Source: a virus (Duplodnaviria > Heunggongvirae > Uroviricota > Caudoviricetes). Taken from it: 40,415 nt of DNA. The notes below the pieces were generated by a model. The model searched no databases. It worked only from the letters and a program-made list of their open reading frames with translations, and was not told the DNA's origin. Position 1 is the stretch's first letter, and each line of letters opens with the position of its first letter. A program made the position numbers and the translations under genes. The stretch is from the IMG/VR virus record IMGVR_UViG_2551306526_000008, positions 1 through 40,415 of that record. One strand, written 5' to 3'. Positions 21,325 through 30,464 of this stretch are shown one piece after another.

Positions 21325-21567
21325 TCAATAATGTGGGAATTGGCTACTATTTTGCAAGATAACCCAAGATGGGCGAAACAAGTCAAAAACATTGATGCTT
21401 AACAGGGCTTCATTTATTGATTTTTTTTCATCCGTAGAAACTCCACGTCCTGCATTTGACATTACAAGCTGACAATTAACTATTTCACTACATTGTTTTA
21501 CATAACTACCTGGCGGCATTGATTGAAAGTTACATGTACCATTTATTATTTTATCAATTTCACTCAT
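21325..21567 (-). CDS. Hypothetical Cys-containing small protein in AT-rich moron
   Basis: 80-aa ORF with GAGG Shine-Dalgarno; locally AT-rich DNA (about 21300-21600) unlike flanking phage genes. Confidence 0.45.
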   Translation of the reverse strand: MSEIDKIINGTCNFQSMPPGSYVKQCSEIVNCQLVMSNAGRGVSTDEKKSINEALLSINVFDLFRPSWVILQNSSQFPHY

Positions 21568-21861
21568 ATCAACCTCGTCTAGTTGTTCGTCATAGATTCA
21601 GTGGCTGGCGGTGACGATTCCGCTTTTCGGGAGCTACCCTAGCCACTGTTTTATTCTATCCGATGTCTTTCCATCAGTCCGCCACCACAAAGAATCTTTT
21701 TTGCCATAAGGCTGGAGGTTCATCTTTCAGTGGCTGCCAGTGTTATTTCCCCACTTACTGGCTTGGGTTGTATCGCTGTACTGCCGTAACTGGTTGCCCA
21801 GAATAAATTCCGGTTTCATTATCAAGCCCACCCGTAGATAGGCTTTGTAATGCCTACATGG

Positions 21862-22341
21862 TTAAATGATTTGCCAGTCTTCAGCCATCAGGTCGCCAAT
21901 GGATGGAACCCATGTAGCAAGGCGGTTCTGTGAGTTTTTCAATACAAGCGTGTCATTGAAAGTTGGCTCGCCAACATATTCGCCAAAGCCATAACCCAAC
22001 GCAGACGCTAATTTTTCCCCTTTCACGAGATAAACAAACTGGTCTTTCCCATTCCATCCTGCCCGCTGCAAACTTTTGCCCTGTTTTAACGCTTCCATGG
22101 CAAGGCCGAAACTTAGCCCTGATACCGGACGATAAGCCTTTTCGAATACTTCTTTTGGACTCCAGCTAACGTAGCCATCAAAGCGATCGGTGTTAGGTTT
22201 TCCGCCATCCAGATATTCAACCAGATAGCCTTCGTCCTCGCCGTTTTCTCCGGCAGGAAGCTGCCAGCCACGAAAATCGTTATATGCCTGTCTCGTCATC
22301 GGAAAGGCGTTAATCAGTTTTACGCCAATATGCTGGGTCAT
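21862..22341 (-). CDS. Hypothetical protein with C-terminal DUF2829-like (Tad2-like) domain
   Basis: 159 aa; C-terminal ALKQGKSLQRAGWNGKDQFVYLV...WVPSIGDLMAEDWQII fits recalled DUF2829 motif pattern (GWNGK ... LAEDW); N-terminal half looks like a degenerate repeat of it. Confidence 0.6.
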   Translation of the reverse strand: MTQHIGVKLINAFPMTRQAYNDFRGWQLPAGENGEDEGYLVEYLDGGKPNTDRFDGYVSWSPKEVFEKAYRPVSGLSFGLAMEALKQGKSLQRAGWNGKDQFVYLVKGEKLASALGYGFGEYVGEPTFNDTLVLKNSQNRLATWVPSIGDLMAEDWQII

Positions 22342-22564
22342 AAAATTACCTATGGAGTTGGGAATAAAAAGCCCCGCGAATGCGAGGCTAAATCCTGGGT
22401 ATTTGTAATGAACTGGCTCTTATCTCAACGCAGCCCCTTACCGCGCGCCAGATGCTCAACTTCAAGCATCAGCAATGAGATGTTTAATCTGGATTCACTC
22501 CAGAAGTGATCACCACCCTGTCTACAGAGCCAGATGTGAAGGATGATGAGTAAAATTATCGCTA

Positions 22565-23002
22565 TCATCGAAGGCATTGCGTCCTGATGTATTCCTGCAA
22601 GTAGTTAACCTGCGCGGTTATCTTGTCGATTCCACTTCTGAGACGGTAATAATTGAGTTCAGCATCTGCTGTAAGTCTTGGGCTTTCTCCATCGCCCATG
22701 CTGCTGGCTCCGGTCGTTGACTTTGCACAGGTGGCGGCGACTTGCAGCCGCTTACGCCCAGCAGAAACATCAGCACGGAGACTTTCGATAGTCGCGTTAG
22801 CATCAGCAAGCTCCTTTGTGTATCTGGCGTCGAGTTCTGCTACATCACGTTGACGCTTCTGCATGTCAGCGATGATGTACGTGGCTTTATCGCGCTGTTC
22901 TTTATAGGTAATGGCGTTATCACGGTAATGATTAACAGCCCATGACAGACAGACGATGATGCAGATAACCAGAGCGGAGATAATCGCGGTGACTCTGCTC
23001 AT
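22565..23002 (-). CDS. Rz: Rz i-spanin
   Basis: 145 aa; [34 protein letters not shown] matches recalled lambda Rz N-terminus; follows endolysin. Confidence 0.85.
   Translation of the reverse strand: MSRVTAIISALVICIIVCLSWAVNHYRDNAITYKEQRDKATYIIADMQKRQRDVAELDARYTKELADANATIESLRADVSAGRKRLQVAATCAKSTTGASSMGDGESPRLTADAELNYYRLRSGIDKITAQVNYLQEYIRTQCLR
22618..22809 (-). CDS. Rz1: Rz1 o-spanin lipoprotein embedded in Rz (+1 frame)
   Basis: 63-aa ORF wholly inside Rz; lipobox-like LLGVSGC followed by Pro-rich segment. Confidence 0.6.
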   Translation of the reverse strand: MLMLTRLSKVSVLMFLLGVSGCKSPPPVQSQRPEPAAWAMEKAQDLQQMLNSIITVSEVESTR

Positions 23003-23475
23003 ACATCAATCTCTCTGACCGTTCCGCCAGCTTCTTTGAATTTTGCAATCAGGCTGTCAGCCTTATGCTCGAACTGACCATAACCAGCGCCCGGCAGTGA
23101 AGCCCAGATATTGCTGCAACGGTCGATAGCCTGACGAATATCACCGCGATCAATCATCGGTAAAGCGCCACGCTCTTTAATCTGTTGCAATGCCACAGCG
23201 TCCTGGCTTTTCGGAGAGAAGTCTTTCAGGCCAAGCTGCTTACGATAGGCATCCCACCAACGGGAAAGAAGCTGGTAACGTCCGGCTGCTGTTGATTTTA
23301 GTTTTGGGTTTAGCGTGACAAGTTTGCGAGGGTGATCGGAGTAATCAGTGAATAGCTCTCCGCCTACAATGACGTCATAACCATGATTTCTGGTTTTCTG
23401 TCGTCCGTTATCAGTTCCCTCTGACCACGCCAGCATATCGAGGAACGCCTTACGTTGATTATTGATTTCCACCAT
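22999..23475 (-). CDS. R: Endolysin R (lambda-type lytic transglycosylase)
   Basis: 158 aa, essentially identical to recalled lambda R ([35 protein letters not shown]...). Confidence 0.95.
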   Translation of the reverse strand: MVEINNQRKAFLDMLAWSEGTDNGRQKTRNHGYDVIVGGELFTDYSDHPRKLVTLNPKLKSTAAGRYQLLSRWWDAYRKQLGLKDFSPKSQDAVALQQIKERGALPMIDRGDIRQAIDRCSNIWASLPGAGYGQFEHKADSLIAKFKEAGGTVREIDV

Positions 23476-23782
23476 CTTCTACTCCGGCTTTTTTAGCAGC
23501 GAAGCGTTTGATAAGCGAACCAATCGAGTCAGTACCGATGTAGCCGATGAACACGCTCGTTATATAAGCGAGATTGCTACTTAGTCCGGCGAAGTCGAGA
23601 AGGTCACGAATGAACCAGGCGATAATGGCGCACATCGTTGCGTCGATTACTGTTTTTGTAAACGCACCGCCATTATATCTGCCGCGAAGGTACGCCATTG
23701 CAAACGCAAGGATTGCCCCGATGCCTTGTTCCTTTGCCGCGAGAATAGCGGCTAACAGGTCATGTTTTTCTGGCATCTTCAT
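23459..23782 (-). CDS. S: Holin S (lambda S107-type)
   Basis: 107 aa, [39 protein letters not shown] matches recalled lambda S. Confidence 0.95.
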   Translation of the reverse strand: MKMPEKHDLLAAILAAKEQGIGAILAFAMAYLRGRYNGGAFTKTVIDATMCAIIAWFIRDLLDFAGLSSNLAYITSVFIGYIGTDSIGSLIKRFAAKKAGVEDGGNQ

Positions 23783-24222
23783 GTCTTAGCCCCAATAAGG
23801 GGATTTGCTCTATTTAATTAGGAATAAGGTCGATTACTGATAGAACAAATCCAGGCTACTGTGTTTAGTAATCAGATTTGTTCGTGACCGATATGCACGG
23901 GCAAAACGGCAGGAGGTTGTTAGCGCGACCTCATGCCGCCCGCTTTCACGAAGATCATGTGTAGAAGGCCGCAGCATAACTATCACTGATGAATTCAGGA
24001 CATCCAGTGGCTACGGCTCAGTTTGGATTGTGGCGACCGGTGCTGATCTCCGGTTTGCTGCAACTGCCTACAGCTGGCTACGTGGCCATACCGAATCCAG
24101 CGAAAGATTCTTGCCCTTACACATCAGCCTGTGCATTCACCACAACGATAAGAGCACTGCGCGGCACCTTTCACCAATTCCGCGAGGTCTGCGGGTTCAA
24201 TGCTCTTACCTGTTGTGCAAAC

Positions 24223-24265
24223 AAAAAAAAGCCACCGTTGCAACTTAAGAGTCACTAACGGCAGC
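24223..24265 (-). terminator. Candidate tR'-like intrinsic terminator downstream of late promoter
   Basis: Minus-strand RNA gcugccguu...aacgguggc forms ~9-bp stem followed by U8 (plus strand A8 at 24223-24230); flanking sequence aligns with recalled lambda tR' region. Confidence 0.55.
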
Positions 24266-24310
24266 TTATGCGAATAGTGTTGCTCATTTGCTCAATGATG
24301 TCAACACGTT
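24266..24310 (-). promoter_or_regulatory. Candidate Q-dependent late promoter (pR'/qut region)
   Basis: Between Q stop and terminator; minus-strand TTGACA -35 hexamer at 24300-24305; -10 element not confidently assigned. Confidence 0.4.
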
Positions 24311-24799
24311 CTATGCTACATGTTTAATTTTCTCTACACGTTTCCGGTTTTTAAACGCACCATCCAGAACAGGGTAAATCATAAACAACGAGGAATTGAG
24401 GATTTCGTCAACTTCCCGGCGACAGGTTGCGAGCGATGGTTTTTGAATGCGCCCGCCGCCCCGGCATAACATCTTGCGAGGTCTTGCGACGCGATGATAG
24501 TAAGATGCAATGGCGTGCTTGGAAGAGCCGTGGGCGTAGTAACTGAGGAGGATGCCAAAGGCTTTCTTGTCAATGTACATGACGGAATCGACGACCTGAG
24601 AAATCAACATTCCATCATCATCATTACACATTGGCCTTGTCATAACTCTTCCCGGCTCTACGCTCTCCATGAACTTCGCTATTACGCTGCTCATGCGCTT
24701 TTCCAGACGACCCGAATAAACCCATGCGCCCCACAGTTCAAGCCATCCATTCAGCCAATCGTGCTGCTCTTTGGTGAGGTTTAGTTCTCTTATGCTCAT
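24311..24799 (-). CDS. Q: Late antiterminator Q
   Basis: 162-aa ORF directly upstream of late promoter and lysis cassette, downstream of nin genes. Confidence 0.7.
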   Translation of the reverse strand: MSIRELNLTKEQHDWLNGWLELWGAWVYSGRLEKRMSSVIAKFMESVEPGRVMTRPMCNDDDGMLISQVVDSVMYIDKKAFGILLSYYAHGSSKHAIASYYHRVARPRKMLCRGGGRIQKPSLATCRREVDEILNSSLFMIYPVLDGAFKNRKRVEKIKHVA

Positions 24800-24984
24800 C
24801 GTCTTCCCCTCTTGCCCTGTTTGACCATCAGGACGCCGTTAACTATTATGTGACGCTCACCTTTGCTGTCTCGGTTGTACTTGAGCACTGTTCCTCTTGC
24901 ACAGGAAAGCATCCTCGCCACTTCGGTCTGATTTCCTCGTGTCTGGATAAGAAGCTCTGGTATCGTTTGAATTGTGGCGTTCAT
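24796..24984 (-). CDS. ninH: NinH
   Basis: 62 aa; IPELLIQTRGNQTEVARMLSCARGTVLKY resembles recalled lambda NinH. Confidence 0.8.
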   Translation of the reverse strand: MNATIQTIPELLIQTRGNQTEVARMLSCARGTVLKYNRDSKGERHIIVNGVLMVKQGKRGRR

Positions 24985-25343
24985 ACGTTCTCCAGTTCGG
25001 TGATTTTTATTCCAAGCCGTCCGCCTGGTACTTTCACACCACGAATTACGCGAATGTCATCGAATTGCTCGTCGTCTTCCGCAAATCCGGCGTGGATAAG
25101 GGAGTCGAGTAAACCTTTCAGGATGTTGTCGAGGTCGCGGCGGCGGGAGTCTGGAACGTCTGCGATGACTTTGATACGGAGTCGTGATTTGGTGAAAATG
25201 TCTAACTTGAGTTGGCGAATGATTTGCTGAACGTCTTTTCGGTATTTCTGGCCTTTATCGCTGATGTAGTATTGGCTTCCCCGTCTTCTCCAGTAGGTAT
25301 TCAGCGACGGCGGGTATGGAAGCACAAACTGATATTCGTTCAT
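24981..25343 (-). CDS. rusA: RusA-family Holliday-junction resolvase
   Basis: 120 aa; LPYPPSLNTYWRRRG ... DSRRRDLDNILKGLLDSL matches recalled RusA motifs. Confidence 0.85.
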   Translation of the reverse strand: MNEYQFVLPYPPSLNTYWRRRGSQYYISDKGQKYRKDVQQIIRQLKLDIFTKSRLRIKVIADVPDSRRRDLDNILKGLLDSLIHAGFAEDDEQFDDIRVIRGVKVPGGRLGIKITELENV

Positions 25344-25630
25344 GGTTTAATCTTCCCCTCCTTCAGCAGTATCGCCTGCGTCCTGATCACGCCTTCGAGG
25401 TGGTAAAGTCTGGCGTCTTTGTTGTCGAGGTTATGGGTGCGTCGGTCGATCTCCGCGTGGCAGTCGCTACAAGCCCATGCGCCGATCAGGTCGTCAGGCT
25501 TCATCCCCGTTCCGCAAATTCCAGCCATCCGGTAATGTGCCAGAACTGTAGTTTCAGGATTGCAATTGCATACGCCGTAAATACGTACCTGGCATTCTCT
25601 GCCGCGCGCTTCTTTGCGTAGGTTAGCCAT
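25340..25630 (-). CDS. YbcO-like (DUF1364) putative nuclease
   Basis: 96 aa, Cys/His-rich; position upstream of rusA as in DLP12 ybcO. Confidence 0.6.
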   Translation of the reverse strand: MANLRKEARGRECQVRIYGVCNCNPETTVLAHYRMAGICGTGMKPDDLIGAWACSDCHAEIDRRTHNLDNKDARLYHLEGVIRTQAILLKEGKIKP

Positions 25631-26355
25631 TAAGCAGCCTCCCCGGTTACTTTCAGCATTCCGTTATCGAGCAGCTTTCTGGTCAGCCACTGTTGACCAC
25701 GCCCGGTGATTTTTGTGGTGAACGATATCTGTATTCCGTGATTTGTGTTGACCGCTGTTTCTTTCACTGTGAAATAGCCGCGCTCCATATATTCCTGCAT
25801 TGGCACATTGCGCCGGGCACCTGAAGCAATAAGGATTTTGTGATCGCGCATCCACGCAAACAGTTTGTTTGGACCAATACCAACAACCTTTGCAAAGTTT
25901 CCAATCAAAATTCCACTGGCCTCGCCAACTCGATCGGCAAACTCAACTTTAGGTGCGGCAATTGCGAGCTGGTTTTCCAGTTGCATTTTCTGCTCAGCAA
26001 GATCAGCAGCAAGGCGCAACGCTTCCGGTAGCGTTTTGGGGATATTAACCGCAGCTTCTTCAAGCTCTCGCCAGCGGTCAACAAGGCGAGCGGTGAATTC
26101 CGGCGACAACTGGGCAACGACAATAATGCTATCGCGCTTACCTTTTTCGCCTTCGAAGACGTAGAAATCACGCTTCCCGGTAATAACACCTAAATCATTG
26201 ATTATGTTAGTGTGCTGCAATGCAGGAGGCTTGATAACGCCACGTTTCACCAATCTATCTATGGATACTTTTACATTGCTATGGCGGCTTTCTACCAACT
26301 CAGCGATTTCAATGCTTGTCATTTTGATGGCATTGCCATTTATTAACTCATTCAT
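25630..26355 (-). CDS. rha: Rha-family phage regulatory protein / antirepressor
   Basis: 241 aa; N-terminal MTSIEIAELVESRHSNVKVSIDRLVKRG is Rha-like, with a C-terminal antirepressor-type domain. Confidence 0.75.
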   Translation of the reverse strand: MNELINGNAIKMTSIEIAELVESRHSNVKVSIDRLVKRGVIKPPALQHTNIINDLGVITGKRDFYVFEGEKGKRDSIIVVAQLSPEFTARLVDRWRELEEAAVNIPKTLPEALRLAADLAEQKMQLENQLAIAAPKVEFADRVGEASGILIGNFAKVVGIGPNKLFAWMRDHKILIASGARRNVPMQEYMERGYFTVKETAVNTNHGIQISFTTKITGRGQQWLTRKLLDNGMLKVTGEAA

Positions 26356-26518
26356 CGTCTTCTTCCTCGTACATTGAGCTATTCGGATCGCTCATCAGTT
26401 CTGCGCAGCAATCGGAGCACACGTGAACTTCCAGCACATGCAGCTTCTGACCGCAGTTAGCGCACGTTAAAGCCCGCTCGACGCTTTCTTGTTCGTAACT
26501 TCGATTTGGGTCAATCAC
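26348..26518 (-). CDS. ninF: NinF
   Basis: Untracked 56-aa ORF with GTG start: [56 protein letters not shown], near-identical to recalled lambda NinF. Confidence 0.75.
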   Translation of the reverse strand: MIDPNRSYEQESVERALTCANCGQKLHVLEVHVCSDCCAELMSDPNSSMYEEEDDE

Positions 26519-26697
26519 CTTGTTTTCCTCGCACGTTCTCTAAGCCACCGGATATCCCACAGGTGAGCCGTGTAATTGAAGGTTTTTACGTCAGATTCTT
26601 TTGGGATTGGCTTGTGTTTATTTCTGGAGCGTTTCGTTGGAAGGTATTTGCAGTTTTCGCAGATTATGTCGGTGATACTTCGTCGCTGTCTCGCCAC
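26515..26697 (-). CDS. ninE: NinE
   Basis: 60 aa; [52 protein letters not shown] matches recalled lambda NinE. Confidence 0.85.
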   Translation of the reverse strand: MARQRRSITDIICENCKYLPTKRSRNKHKPIPKESDVKTFNYTAHLWDIRWLRERARKTR

Positions 26698-26837
26698 ACG
26701 TCCTCCTTTTCCTGCGGTAGTGGTAACACCCCTGTTGGTGTTCTTTCACACCGGAGACACCATCGATTCCAGTAAGGTTGATTTGGTCGGAAGCGGTTAT
26801 CTTCTTTGCATTCACCGCACCGATAACATCGCATCAT
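26664..26837 (-). CDS. NinD-like small zinc-ribbon protein
   Basis: ORF 26664-26897 trimmed to [11 protein letters not shown] start abutting ninB stop; CxxC...CxxC; 57 aa like lambda NinD. Confidence 0.45.
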   Translation of the reverse strand: MMRCYRCGECKEDNRFRPNQPYWNRWCLRCERTPTGVLPLPQEKEDVWRDSDEVSPT

Positions 26838-27274
26838 GCTGCCCGGTCTCCCCATCTCGCTTTCCACTCCAGAGCCAGTCGCGCTTCGTCTGACCACTTA
26901 ACGCCACGTTCTGTACCGAATGCCTGTATAAGCTCTAATAGCTCCGCAAATTCGCTTACACGCATCCTGCTGGTTGACTGGCCTATTACAACAAAGCCAT
27001 TCCCGGCAAGGTTAGGAACAACGTCCTGCTGCTTTAATGCTGCTGTAAAAACGCACTTCCAGCTTTCTGCATCCAGCCAGCGACCATGCCATTCAACCTG
27101 ACGAGAGACGTCACCAAGGCAAGCCCAAAGCTTTCGGTTTTGGTCTAAGCTGCGGTTGCGCTCCTGAATGGTTACTACTATTGGTTTGGTTGGGTCTGGA
27201 AGGATTTGCTGTACTGCGTGAATAGCGTTTTGCTGATGTGCTGGAGATCGAATTTCAAAGGTTAGTTTTTTCAT
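26834..27274 (-). CDS. ninB: NinB (Orf-family recombination mediator)
   Basis: 146 aa; [55 protein letters not shown] matches recalled lambda NinB. Confidence 0.9.
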   Translation of the reverse strand: MKKLTFEIRSPAHQQNAIHAVQQILPDPTKPIVVTIQERNRSLDQNRKLWACLGDVSRQVEWHGRWLDAESWKCVFTAALKQQDVVPNLAGNGFVVIGQSTSRMRVSEFAELLELIQAFGTERGVKWSDEARLALEWKARWGDRAA

Positions 27275-27467
27275 GACTCCCCTCTCTAACAGATTTCAGG
27301 TTATTCCACTCCGTTACCGCACTGCGATAATTCGCGGCCGCCACAGCGGCGTGGTTAGCGCAGTAGATTTGGCACCCGTTCTCCATGTCGAATATTGTCG
27401 GTGATTTTCCGCATTTACATTTTTTGGCACGCGGTGCGTCTGAACACATTCCGTTAACGGTGTCCAT
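27255..27467 (-). CDS. Hypothetical small Cys-rich protein
   Basis: 70-aa ORF between helicase and ninB with Cys pairs CKCG and CQIYC. Confidence 0.4.
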   Translation of the reverse strand: MDTVNGMCSDAPRAKKCKCGKSPTIFDMENGCQIYCANHAAVAAANYRSAVTEWNNLKSVREGSHEKTNL

Positions 27468-27551
27468 CAGGATCTCCCTCGTTCTTAATCCAATAAAAAA
27501 GGGCTACTGTGTAAATAGCCCCTGTTATTATCTCAGTGATGTAGACGGTCA

Positions 27552-29003
27552 TCAGAATCCTCCTTTCTTCTTGGACTGCGGTTCCTCTCGTTCACGTCGG
27601 CGCATTTCAGCGGACTGTTGGTCTGTGTCATAAATAGCGCCATTTGCCTGAATGCAATACACCGTGCCGGTATTGCCATGACGATTGAGACGAAGGATTA
27701 GTTCGGTTTCACCAGGTGGAACACTGTCATCAAAAGCACCTTCACGATGGATCCCCACCCAATAATCGCAATCCTGTTCAATCTGCCCTGTATCTCGTGA
27801 GTCACTTGGTAATGGGCGTTTATTGGTTCTGCTTTCCAGTGCGCGGTTAAGCTGCGTCAGAAGCACAACAACGCAATCAAGCTCTTTGGCAAGGTTCTTC
27901 AGTCCTTTGGTGATCATGCCGTAAGCAAGGTCGTTGCGATCGGCCTTCTCAGCAGTCATTAGTGTCAGGTAATCGACCAGAATCATGCCAACACATCCTT
28001 TTTCTCGCTTGATTCGACGGCTTTCGCTAACGATTTGAGCCAGAGATAATCCCGGCGTGTCGTCGATGTAAAGCAGGTCGATTTCACTCAAACGATTAGC
28101 TGTTTCGATCGCCCTGTTGAAGTCACCATCGTAATCACCCTGATAGCCGTCATCAGCGTCATTTGTCGCCGGAAGGTAAAAAATATTCGGGTTAACACCA
28201 GACTTCTGCCCTACCAGTTTTTCCAGTATCTGATCACCTGGCATTTCAAGGCTGAACATCAGAGCGGGCTTTTTCTCATGCACTGCGCAGTTGATTGCCA
28301 TCTGGCTGTATAGCGTCGTTTTCCCCATCTTAGGGCGAGCGCCAATGACAAACAGAGAGCCTTTCACCAGACCTTTCGGTGACAGCATCCTGTCCAGCGA
28401 TGGGATCCCTGTGCTCATTCCTCGTTGTTCGCCTGACGGGTCAAATCGCTTCTCAAGGTCGCTAACCCAGTCTTCCATGACCTCACCAAATGAGCGAAGG
28501 CCGCGACGCGATCCGGTTTTTGCATGGTCTGTCAGTTGCGTGAAAATCGCCTGAATAGCTTCGTACTTCTGCGTCGCAGTCATTCCGTTGCGGGAATAGA
28601 GCAATTCCGTCGCTTCAGTCATGCGGTTGATGGCGTAGCGTTCCATTGCGGTTTCACGAACCTGCATTGCATAGGCAACGATGTTTGCTGCGCTTGGCGT
28701 GTTCTTTGCGATCTCAGCGATATAAGCAAAACCGCCAACAGACGCCGTTAACGATTTGCGATCCAGTTCATCGAAAAGCGTCAGGCCATCTACTGGCTTT
28801 TGCTCCCGGTGCATTCTGGTTATTTCTTCGAAAAGGATTTTGTGTGGTCGGCTGTAAAATGAATCAGGCTTCAGCATCGCCAGAACTTTCTGGACGCGCT
28901 CACTGCTGTCATCATCCAGAAGCAATCCACCAATCACCGCCTGCTCTGCCTCGATGCTATGGGGCGGCGCATAAAAATTATCGGTCATCGTGTTCACCCT
29001 CAC
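27552..29003 (-). CDS. Replicative DNA helicase (DnaB family)
   Basis: 483 aa; DnaB-like N-terminus HSIEAEQAVIGGLLLD and Walker A GARPKMGKTT. Confidence 0.9.
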   Translation of the reverse strand: MRVNTMTDNFYAPPHSIEAEQAVIGGLLLDDDSSERVQKVLAMLKPDSFYSRPHKILFEEITRMHREQKPVDGLTLFDELDRKSLTASVGGFAYIAEIAKNTPSAANIVAYAMQVRETAMERYAINRMTEATELLYSRNGMTATQKYEAIQAIFTQLTDHAKTGSRRGLRSFGEVMEDWVSDLEKRFDPSGEQRGMSTGIPSLDRMLSPKGLVKGSLFVIGARPKMGKTTLYSQMAINCAVHEKKPALMFSLEMPGDQILEKLVGQKSGVNPNIFYLPATNDADDGYQGDYDGDFNRAIETANRLSEIDLLYIDDTPGLSLAQIVSESRRIKREKGCVGMILVDYLTLMTAEKADRNDLAYGMITKGLKNLAKELDCVVVLLTQLNRALESRTNKRPLPSDSRDTGQIEQDCDYWVGIHREGAFDDSVPPGETELILRLNRHGNTGTVYCIQANGAIYDTDQQSAEMRRREREEPQSKKKGGF

Positions 29004-29868
29004 GAACTTTCAGGTAGGTATTATCGTTAAGCAGGAAATCAAATCCCTTTTTGTGCCAGACAGTTCCGCGTTGATGGTTTGGGCGCTCTTCGAACATCCA
29101 TCGGCAATTTTCTCCTACGTAGCTCAAATAATTTCTCCAGTCCTGCATCGTGAACCCATGCCCGTCAAGCTGGCGGGTTATCACTCCGGCTTTGCGCCAG
29201 AACGTTCGGATCTGGTTTTTACGCTTGTCATTCAGTGCGCGGATTCTTGGCGCTTCAGGAAGGATTTCGTGGTAAGCATCGACAACATCCTGACAGCTAA
29301 CGGAAGGTTTTTTCTTGTCAGACTTTTTGTCTGCTGTGGCACTCTCTAATACGTCAGTATTAGAGATATTATTTATATTATTGTTTATGGACAACCGTTG
29401 GACAACCGTTGGACAATCTCCGCTGAGAGCCGCGCCATTACTGGTGTTTGCGTTGGACAACCGTTGGACAACCGTTGGACAATTTTTTGCCTGAAAATCG
29501 TCATATTTAACGATTGTAAACAGGCTAAATTTCTTCCCCATCGAGGAAATATTAAGCATCCCTTTCGACTCAAAAGTCCGTAATAAGCTCCGAACTTTGT
29601 TGTCGGGGATGAATGTTTCTCTGACCAGCGACGGGCGTCCAGTTATCATCTGACCGCGATCAACAGTTATCGGACCGATATCCGTATTGACGACAGTAGA
29701 TTCGTGATTAGCCTTGAGGATTAAGTGAAGCCAAAGATGTACTGCCTGAGAGTCCTTATAGAGCCTGCTGTCCATAAACTGGCGGTGTATAGAGACATAC
29801 CCCATACTGGATGCCTCCTGATGTTGTACAGGGTTATGCCTGTAATCAGCTAACTTAACGACGCCCAT
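28978..29868 (-). CDS. Replication initiator (lambda O-like) carrying the origin iterons
   Basis: 296 aa; internal repeated peptide CPTVVQRLS encoded by iteron DNA; lies upstream of helicase as O-P pair. Confidence 0.8.
   Translation of the reverse strand: MGVVKLADYRHNPVQHQEASSMGYVSIHRQFMDSRLYKDSQAVHLWLHLILKANHESTVVNTDIGPITVDRGQMITGRPSLVRETFIPDNKVRSLLRTFESKGMLNISSMGKKFSLFTIVKYDDFQAKNCPTVVQRLSNANTSNGAALSGDCPTVVQRLSINNNINNISNTDVLESATADKKSDKKKPSVSCQDVVDAYHEILPEAPRIRALNDKRKNQIRTFWRKAGVITRQLDGHGFTMQDWRNYLSYVGENCRWMFEERPNHQRGTVWHKKGFDFLLNDNTYLKVREGEHDDR
29388..29484. repeat. Replication origin iterons: two clusters of 3 x 11-bp tggacaaccgt repeats, with adjacent AT-rich tract at about 29345-29385
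   Basis: Directly visible tandem repeats at 29388-29419 and 29451-29484 inside the O-like gene. Confidence 0.8.
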
Positions 29869-30016
29869 GTTTCACTCCTGCTTTGGCTAGTCTGTAAACA
29901 CCAACAAGGCGCTCTGCGAACGCCCTGTTATTTGCTGCGGCTACCACTAATCCCTCAGGTGAATCAGGGTGTCGAATCTCTTCTTTTTCCTGGTATTTCT
30001 TACGACGTTTTGTCAT
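29855..30016 (-). CDS. Small basic hypothetical protein (53 aa) between cII and O
   Basis: Untracked ORF MTKRRKKYQEKEEIRHPDSPEGLVVAAANNRAFAERLVGVYRLAKAGVKHGRR; overlaps O start by 14 nt. Confidence 0.3.
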   Translation of the reverse strand: MTKRRKKYQEKEEIRHPDSPEGLVVAAANNRAFAERLVGVYRLAKAGVKHGRR

Positions 30017-30048
30017 AATTACTCCTGTGGATTGATCCAGTAATTCCC

Positions 30049-30345
30049 TCAGAATTGCATATCAATTTGCTTAAAATCCTCGGTGGCGGCCGGGGATTTT
30101 TTCTTTGTGATTCCATCAAGCGCATACTTAAAAGCCCTGCTAATCGGACTGATGTCTGATGCCATTCCGAAAGCACACAAGACCGAAGCAATAAATCTCC
30201 AGTCCGTTCTGCTTATCTTCGATTCATGACAGCCAATCATCTTTGCCAGACCGCGCTGGGTAAGCGTTGACAGGTTGATGAGTAAATCAGTTTCAGCGCG
30301 ATCAACGTCACGCTGTGATAGTTTGCTGTAACTTGTTTGTTCCAT
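30049..30345 (-). CDS. cII: CII-like transcriptional activator
   Basis: 98 aa; helix-turn-helix TQRGLAKMIGCHESKISR and C-terminal KKSPAATEDFKQIDMQF resembling lambda CII tail KKRPAATERSEQIQMEF. Confidence 0.75.
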   Translation of the reverse strand: MEQTSYSKLSQRDVDRAETDLLINLSTLTQRGLAKMIGCHESKISRTDWRFIASVLCAFGMASDISPISRAFKYALDGITKKKSPAATEDFKQIDMQF

Positions 30346-30464
30346 TTCTTATGATTTCCATAGATAAATAATTTGGTTTTTTATTGTGCACCATTGACAG
30401 TCGTCCATGACCACGCCGGGCACCCGACCGTATACCGGGCCGTTCGGTATAAAAATTTGCTTTA

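Noticed and set aside
29388-29484. Tandem short repeats that could be taken for a CRISPR array
   Set aside because: The 11-bp units are contiguous without spacers, lie inside the O-like initiator gene next to an AT-rich tract, and fit lambdoid origin iterons; no cas genes are present.
30346-30464. Possible nutR/tR1 element between cro and cII
   Set aside because: The region is GC-rich and structured, but I could not find a convincing boxA consensus or a clean hairpin with U-tract, so it is not reported as a feature.
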